DNA of 11,199 nt from NCBI GenBank assembly GCA_048885865.1, contig JBHLLF010000071.1:1-11199 (forward strand), read 5' to 3'. A model generated the notes under the pieces. The model had not been told where the DNA came from and searched no databases. It saw only the letters and a program-made list of their open reading frames with translations. This DNA comes from Candidatus Hermodarchaeota archaeon (lineage in GTDB: Archaea; Asgardarchaeota; Thorarchaeia; Thorarchaeales; Thorarchaeaceae). The stretch's first letter is position 1; each line of letters begins with the position of its first letter. Shown one piece after another: positions 7,258 to 11,199 of this stretch. A program made the position numbers and the translations under genes.

Positions 7258-7773
7258 ATGAGTCCGACCTATCTCTTCAAGGTGGTTACCGTTGGAGCTC
7301 CATCAGTTGGTAAGACCAGTCTTATCATCCGCTACTCCACAGGAGTCTTTCGCGAGCATTATTCACCGACACTGGGAACTGGATTTGCCTACAAGAAGAT
7401 GCGTATTGACAACAACACGGTAAACCTTCAGATATGGGATCTTGGATCTCAAGATTTCCTGGAGCGAGTTCGTGCTAACTACTACGGAGGAACACAGGGA
7501 GTCATTTTCATGTATGATGTGACTTCTTGGGAATCATTGACTGCGATTTCCGATTGGAAGCTTGAAGTTGATAAGAATGTAGAAGAATATCAAGCGCTGC
7601 TAGTTGGCAACAAGACGGATTTAATCGATGACCGTGTGGTATCTACAGAAGAAGGACAGAATACAGCCACAAGGCTTGGCATGAACTACATAGAAAGCTC
7701 GGTCGCACTTGACAAGAATGTCAATCGGGCCTTTGAACTGATTGCTCGAAGCGTCCATGACTGGCTTTTCTGA
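7258..7773 (+). CDS. Rab-like small GTPase (Ras superfamily)
   Basis: G1 GAPSVGKT, G2 PTLG, G3 WDLGSQ, G4 NKTD, G5 ESSV. RabF-like motifs LGTGF, NLQIW, YYGGT, FMYDVT. No C-terminal Cys. Start ATG 7258 or GTG 7243; AT-rich TTATTAA at 7204-7210 upstream. Confidence 0.93.
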   Translation: MSPTYLFKVVTVGAPSVGKTSLIIRYSTGVFREHYSPTLGTGFAYKKMRIDNNTVNLQIWDLGSQDFLERVRANYYGGTQGVIFMYDVTSWESLTAISDWKLEVDKNVEEYQALLVGNKTDLIDDRVVSTEEGQNTATRLGMNYIESSVALDKNVNRAFELIARSVHDWLF

Positions 7774-7782
7774 TATATGGAG

Positions 7783-8754
7783 TCAATTCTCTTTCTTGCG
7801 GATATATGGCGACGACGCAACGATTTTCCTCATAGCCAGGCCCTTGAACAGCTTCGCAAGATACCGCTTGTATCCCAAGGATCTCTTGATTTCCTCCAAG
7901 TATTCGTCAAATGTTCTACTCTGATATTGAAGCAATTTCTGCGATTCTTCCGTGTCCAACCAGTCTGTGTAGAAGTACTCTTCTGGCTTAGACGGAGTTC
8001 TAAAGGCTTCTTCAGGGGGTAGATTAAGTCCAGAAGCAGATAGTATTTTTCTAATGAAATCAATCTGAAGCATTTGGCTATCCTTTCCTCCTCCGATTAG
8101 TAGAGTCTTTCCTTGGGTTTCAGCCGACACTGAATTCGCAAAGGCAACACCAACATCTCGAGTATGAACGAATTCTATCCGTTGGTCAAGAGGTATCTCA
8201 AACATTACAGATATGTCGCTATTCACTTCAAGTGGTGGGACTGCAGCCAGTCTCAGAATCGTCCATGGAATTGTACTCTCTCGAATCATTGTTTCACATT
8301 TCATCTTCGTCTGAGTATAGGTGTCAGTTGGATTAATTGGGTCAGATGCTCTACGAGGAGGCTGAAGATGCATTGTTGGCCCGAATATTGACACTGAACT
8401 CGCAATGATGAGCTTAGGCTTTTTCGGGCTTGCTTCAGATGCATTGATGATGTTTCTTGTTCCATCGACGTTTACGCGAAATGCAAGGTCCGGGTTATGG
8501 TCACTCATGGGTGGGATGATAGCAGCTAGATGAATGATGCACTCTATATCCTTTATAGCATCACTCATGATTTCCGAGTCCAAGATATCCCCCCATACAG
8601 TGTCAAACTCACCTATGTATTGAAGTTGCTTCTGCTTCTTCTCAGTATTCCTTGTCTGAAGATCGAAGCACCGAACATGATGATTTCTCTCAAGAAGCGC
8701 GATTAATGCGCTTTCGCCAATATTGCCAAATGCCCCAGTCAATAGAACGAACAT
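7783..8754 (-). CDS. NAD(P)-dependent epimerase/dehydratase, extended SDR family
   Basis: TGAFGNIG Rossmann motif, HLAA, NVDGTRN, ASSVSIFG, catalytic YTQTK (YxxxK), FVHTRDV. Confidence 0.9.
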   Translation of the reverse strand: MFVLLTGAFGNIGESALIALLERNHHVRCFDLQTRNTEKKQKQLQYIGEFDTVWGDILDSEIMSDAIKDIECIIHLAAIIPPMSDHNPDLAFRVNVDGTRNIINASEASPKKPKLIIASSVSIFGPTMHLQPPRRASDPINPTDTYTQTKMKCETMIRESTIPWTILRLAAVPPLEVNSDISVMFEIPLDQRIEFVHTRDVGVAFANSVSAETQGKTLLIGGGKDSQMLQIDFIRKILSASGLNLPPEEAFRTPSKPEEYFYTDWLDTEESQKLLQYQSRTFDEYLEEIKRSLGYKRYLAKLFKGLAMRKIVASSPYIRKKEN

Positions 8755-8776
8755 GTCCCAGTCAATTTTGAGCGTA

Positions 8777-8790
8777 TTTTAAGCATTTGG
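8777..8790 (-). promoter_or_regulatory. Putative BRE/TATA (AAATGCTTAAAA) for a probably leaderless SDR transcript
   Basis: CTTAAAA ends about 23 nt before ATG 8754, typical spacing for leaderless archaeal mRNA; no SD seen. Confidence 0.45.
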
Positions 8791-8801
8791 CCCATGAACT
8801 A

Positions 8802-9938
8802 TCAGAGAGCCTTGATTTCCCTTATCTTAGCGAGAATCTCGTTTGGAATCTGTGGCATCCCAGCAGGCTTGGCCATCAAGTGAACCGGAGTCGGAGCAGC
8901 CCCAGCCCTGATCATGTGATACATTTGACCAAGATTCTGTTCAGCAACAATGATATGGTCAACTTGAGAGGCAAGTTCCGCTACCTGCTTTTCTGGAAAT
9001 GGCCACACCGTCTTCAGACGAAGCATCCCTGCTTTGATTCCTTCTTCCCTGGCGTCTTTGATTGCTCTCTTCGCACTTCTAGATGGCGTGCCGTAGGCGA
9101 CAACTGCTATCTTGGCGTCATCAAGCATGAACTCTTCAACATCGATTATCTTGTCAGCATTGTGGACAATCTTGTCATTTAGCCGAGTAATCAATTCAAT
9201 CTGGATATTCTCCTTGTCACTCGGATATCCACGCTCATCATGGGTCAGACCTGTTGCATAGAATTGATATTTCGAACCAAGTAGTGCCATGGGTGGTACA
9301 AGATCATCGTCTGGCTTGAATGGAAGGTAATCCTCGGGCGGCCCTGAGGCCAGTTTCCTGTATTCGAGTTTGAGGTCTTTCTCATCAGGTATGACAAGGC
9401 GTTCTCTCATATGACCTACAGTTTCATCTGCCAGGACAAAAACTGGTGTTCTATATCTTTCTGAGAGATTGAAGGCTTGAACCGTTTGATCGAACATCTC
9501 TTGAACGGATGCTGGTGTGAGAGCGATGATCTGATAGTCTCCATGGCTCCCCCATTTCGGTTGCATCACGTCGCCCTGCTGGCCCTTGGTAGGCTGTCCA
9601 GTACTTGGACCGCCTCTCATGATGTTTACCAGTACTAGTGGAGTTTCAGTCATAACTGCCAAGCCGATGGCTTCCAACATCAGGCTAACACCAGGTCCTG
9701 ATGTCGCAGTCATAGATTTCGTACCTGTCCACGATGCACCAATCACACTTGTAATTGATGCAATCTCATCCTCGTATTGGACATAGGCGCCGCCAACCTC
9801 TGGCATTCTGATTGACATCCACTCTGCAATCTCAGTTGCTGGCGTGATAGGGTATCCTCCGAAATATCTGCAGCCGGCACTGAGAGCTCCTTCTGCACAG
9901 GCGATATCTCCCATTGTGAACATGACCCTCTCAGGCAA
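8802..9938 (-). CDS. korA: 2-oxoacid:ferredoxin oxidoreductase alpha subunit
   Basis: GYPITPATEI, EDEIAS, TATSGPG, RGGPSTGQPT, HGDY, TGLTHDERGYP, RLKTVWPFP, EQNLGQ. TTG start directly after the korD TAG, with GGAGGAG RBS inside the korD 3' end. Confidence 0.95.
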   Translation of the reverse strand: MPERVMFTMGDIACAEGALSAGCRYFGGYPITPATEIAEWMSIRMPEVGGAYVQYEDEIASITSVIGASWTGTKSMTATSGPGVSLMLEAIGLAVMTETPLVLVNIMRGGPSTGQPTKGQQGDVMQPKWGSHGDYQIIALTPASVQEMFDQTVQAFNLSERYRTPVFVLADETVGHMRERLVIPDEKDLKLEYRKLASGPPEDYLPFKPDDDLVPPMALLGSKYQFYATGLTHDERGYPSDKENIQIELITRLNDKIVHNADKIIDVEEFMLDDAKIAVVAYGTPSRSAKRAIKDAREEGIKAGMLRLKTVWPFPEKQVAELASQVDHIIVAEQNLGQMYHMIRAGAAPTPVHLMAKPAGMPQIPNEILAKIREIKAL

Positions 9939-10286
9939 CTAGTTCTCCTCCTTAGACTCTCGATCGAACTCGGGAATTGCAGTGTTCTCCTCCAATGCTC
10001 CCGTGTCGTAGGCCTTCCGCGCCTCATCCTTCTTTGCCAAGAATATCGCCATGTCTGGGCATATTCGTTCGCAGAATTCGCAGTTCACACATGCATCGAT
10101 GTCGCATGCAGTCACTGGGTGGTAGCCCTTCCGATTGTACTTGGACATGTCAGAGCAGAGAACATTCTTTGGACAAAACTCGATGCAGAGGCCACACTCC
10201 TTGCACTGCTCCTCTAATATCACCAAGACTTTCTCCCTTTCTCTTGCGGGTTTTGGTGTTATTGGTTTTCGAACGGCTGACACCAC
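9939..10286 (-). CDS. korD: 2-oxoacid:ferredoxin oxidoreductase delta subunit (2x[4Fe-4S] ferredoxin)
   Basis: CKECGLCIEFCP and CVNCEFCERICP, KGYHP; AGGAG RBS before GTG; abuts korA. Confidence 0.9.
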   Translation of the reverse strand: MVSAVRKPITPKPAREREKVLVILEEQCKECGLCIEFCPKNVLCSDMSKYNRKGYHPVTACDIDACVNCEFCERICPDMAIFLAKKDEARKAYDTGALEENTAIPEFDRESKEEN

Positions 10287-10398
10287 CGTATTCTCCTGCT
10301 GCCTTCCTGTCTGTTATCAGAGGATTGACTGAGACAGTTTCTTGACTGCCCTGCGCATGGGCGAACTGTCGAGCTATATGAGCCTTACCTTGGTGGAC

Positions 10399-10406
10399 TA
10401 TATATT
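10399..10406 (-). promoter_or_regulatory. Putative TATA box (AATATATA) for korDA
   Basis: The only clearly TATA-like minus-strand run seen in the divergent intergenic region; implies a 5' leader of about 90 nt. Confidence 0.4.
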
Positions 10407-10476
10407 GGATGAGCAAAGGGCCAGAGTTTAAAGCATGTCTTTACATTCTATCGATTACCAAAAGGAGCTGTGGGCA

Positions 10477-10941
10477 TTGCCTGATAACGAGCCAACAGAG
10501 GACGAATTGGCTGAACAAATCAAAGGCAAGACCCTGCAGGTCTACTGGTACCTCTTACGGCATCCTACACCTTTGACTGCGCGAGAAGTCCAACGTGGAA
10601 CAGAACTCTCTAGCCCCTCTCTTTCACTTCACCATCTCGAGAAGCTACGTCAATTTGGACTTGTCGAGAAGAACGTTCATGGTGAATACGAGGTAAAGCG
10701 TGACGTACGTGTTGGCTTTCTTCGACTCTTCATTGGCCGAGGAAGAACAATGGTGCCTCGCTATCTTTTCTATGCGACTTTCTACACTTCGCTGACTGCA
10801 GCTCTAATGACAATGCTGTATCTATTTAGCAACTGGTACTCTATAACCCTGATTCTTCTGCTAGCATCAGCGTGTGCGGTACTATGGTACGAGGCATTCA
10901 GCATTTGGAGGGAACAGCCATTTCCAGAACAGACCGAATGA
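10477..10941 (+). CDS. Winged-helix (ArsR/TrmB-like) transcriptional regulator with two C-terminal transmembrane helices
   Basis: KGKTLQVYWYLL...AREVQRGTELSSPSLSLHHLEKLRQFGLVEKN.HGEY, then hydrophobic YLFYATFYTSLTAALMTMLYLF and SITLILLLASACAVLWYEAF. TTG 10477 is preferred over ATG 10435 because a TTTAAA box lies only a few nt before that ATG and GGAG (10464-10467) precedes the TTG. Confidence 0.75.
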   Translation: MPDNEPTEDELAEQIKGKTLQVYWYLLRHPTPLTAREVQRGTELSSPSLSLHHLEKLRQFGLVEKNVHGEYEVKRDVRVGFLRLFIGRGRTMVPRYLFYATFYTSLTAALMTMLYLFSNWYSITLILLLASACAVLWYEAFSIWREQPFPEQTE

Positions 10942-11199
10942 GATCAAGAGAAACTCAACAGAAGCGAACAATCGCGAAGAGAATCATAACGATGGAGATG
11001 ATTTCTCTTCTTCTATTGGTCCTGTTAGTTTCACCATTGCTTCTACAGATGCAAAAAATGCCTGATATAGCTCTTGAGAGGCATGTAAATGAATTTGCAT
11101 ATCCGTCGGCGGAAGATGTTGCTCTGAATTTGACATATTGGTCTCGAACCAACCGGAGTATAGGCCTTGTGAATTCAGGTGATAAAATCGGAGGCGATC
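10938..11199 (+). CDS. Putative exported or membrane-anchored protein, N-terminal part (truncated by window edge)
   Basis: Absent from the ORF track. ATGA overlap with the regulator stop; open to the edge: MRSRETQQKRTIAKRIITMEMISLLLLVLLVSPLLLQMQKMPDIALERHVNEFAYPSAEDVALNLTYWSRTNRSIGLVNSGDKIGGD. Basic N-terminus, hydrophobic core, sequons NLT and NRS. Confidence 0.65.
   Translation, partial: MRSRETQQKRTIAKRIITMEMISLLLLVLLVSPLLLQMQKMPDIALERHVNEFAYPSAEDVALNLTYWSRTNRSIGLVNSGDKIGGD

Noticed and set aside
7258-7773. Eukaryotic contamination or a true Rab orthologue; also a Rag-type GTPase
   Set aside because: No introns, prenylation motif or tail, and it is embedded among prokaryotic operons. It lacks the C-terminal roadblock domain of Rag GTPases.
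5454-8801. Mobile element or genomic island as the cause of the kor split
   Set aside because: No transposase, integrase, tRNA, terminal repeats or obvious compositional shift seen.
10325-10370. TPP riboswitch upstream of a TPP-dependent enzyme
   Set aside because: CTGAGA is present only on the non-coding strand, and the other TPP-riboswitch elements were not seen.
7742-10416. Small ORFs overlapping the SDR, korA and korD (e.g. 8787-9182, 9743-10027, 9977-10345, 10150-10416)
   Set aside because: Antisense or alternative-frame overlaps of conserved genes; no RBS or motifs seen.
10874-11152. Track ORFs 10874-11065 (+) and 10955-11152 (-)
   Set aside because: The frame starting at ATG 10938 (ATGA coupling, signal/anchor helix, open to the edge) explains the region better.
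1-11199. tRNA, rRNA, CRISPR array, selenocysteine/pyrrolysine recoding
   Set aside because: No cloverleaf, repeat-spacer array or in-frame stop interrupting a conserved CDS was seen; the intergenic gaps are short.

Overview
Archaeal chromosomal window, most likely from an Asgard archaeon (Thorarchaeota-like). This is inferred from archaeal TATA-like boxes and GAGGTG/GGAG ribosome-binding sites, a Rab-like small GTPase lacking a prenylation site, and a longin-type protein. Left to right: the 5' part of an acyl-CoA synthetase (- strand, runs off the edge); a three-gene ATP-dependent radical-enzyme operon (two 2-hydroxyacyl-CoA dehydratase/benzoyl-CoA reductase-family subunits plus an ASKHA activator); and a four-subunit 2-oxoacid:ferredoxin oxidoreductase on the - strand, split into korDA and korBC halves by about 3.3 kb. 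The intervening block encodes a longin + tandem winged-helix protein resembling eukaryotic GATOR1 subunit NPRL2 (probably ATT-initiated), a Rab-like GTPase with deviant G3/G5 motifs, and an extended SDR. At the right end are a membrane-anchored winged-helix regulator and a coupled, partial exported protein. The most interesting element is the NPRL2-like/GTPase pair inside a 2-oxoacid/acyl-CoA catabolic cluster. All family calls come from motif recognition by eye; no searches were run.
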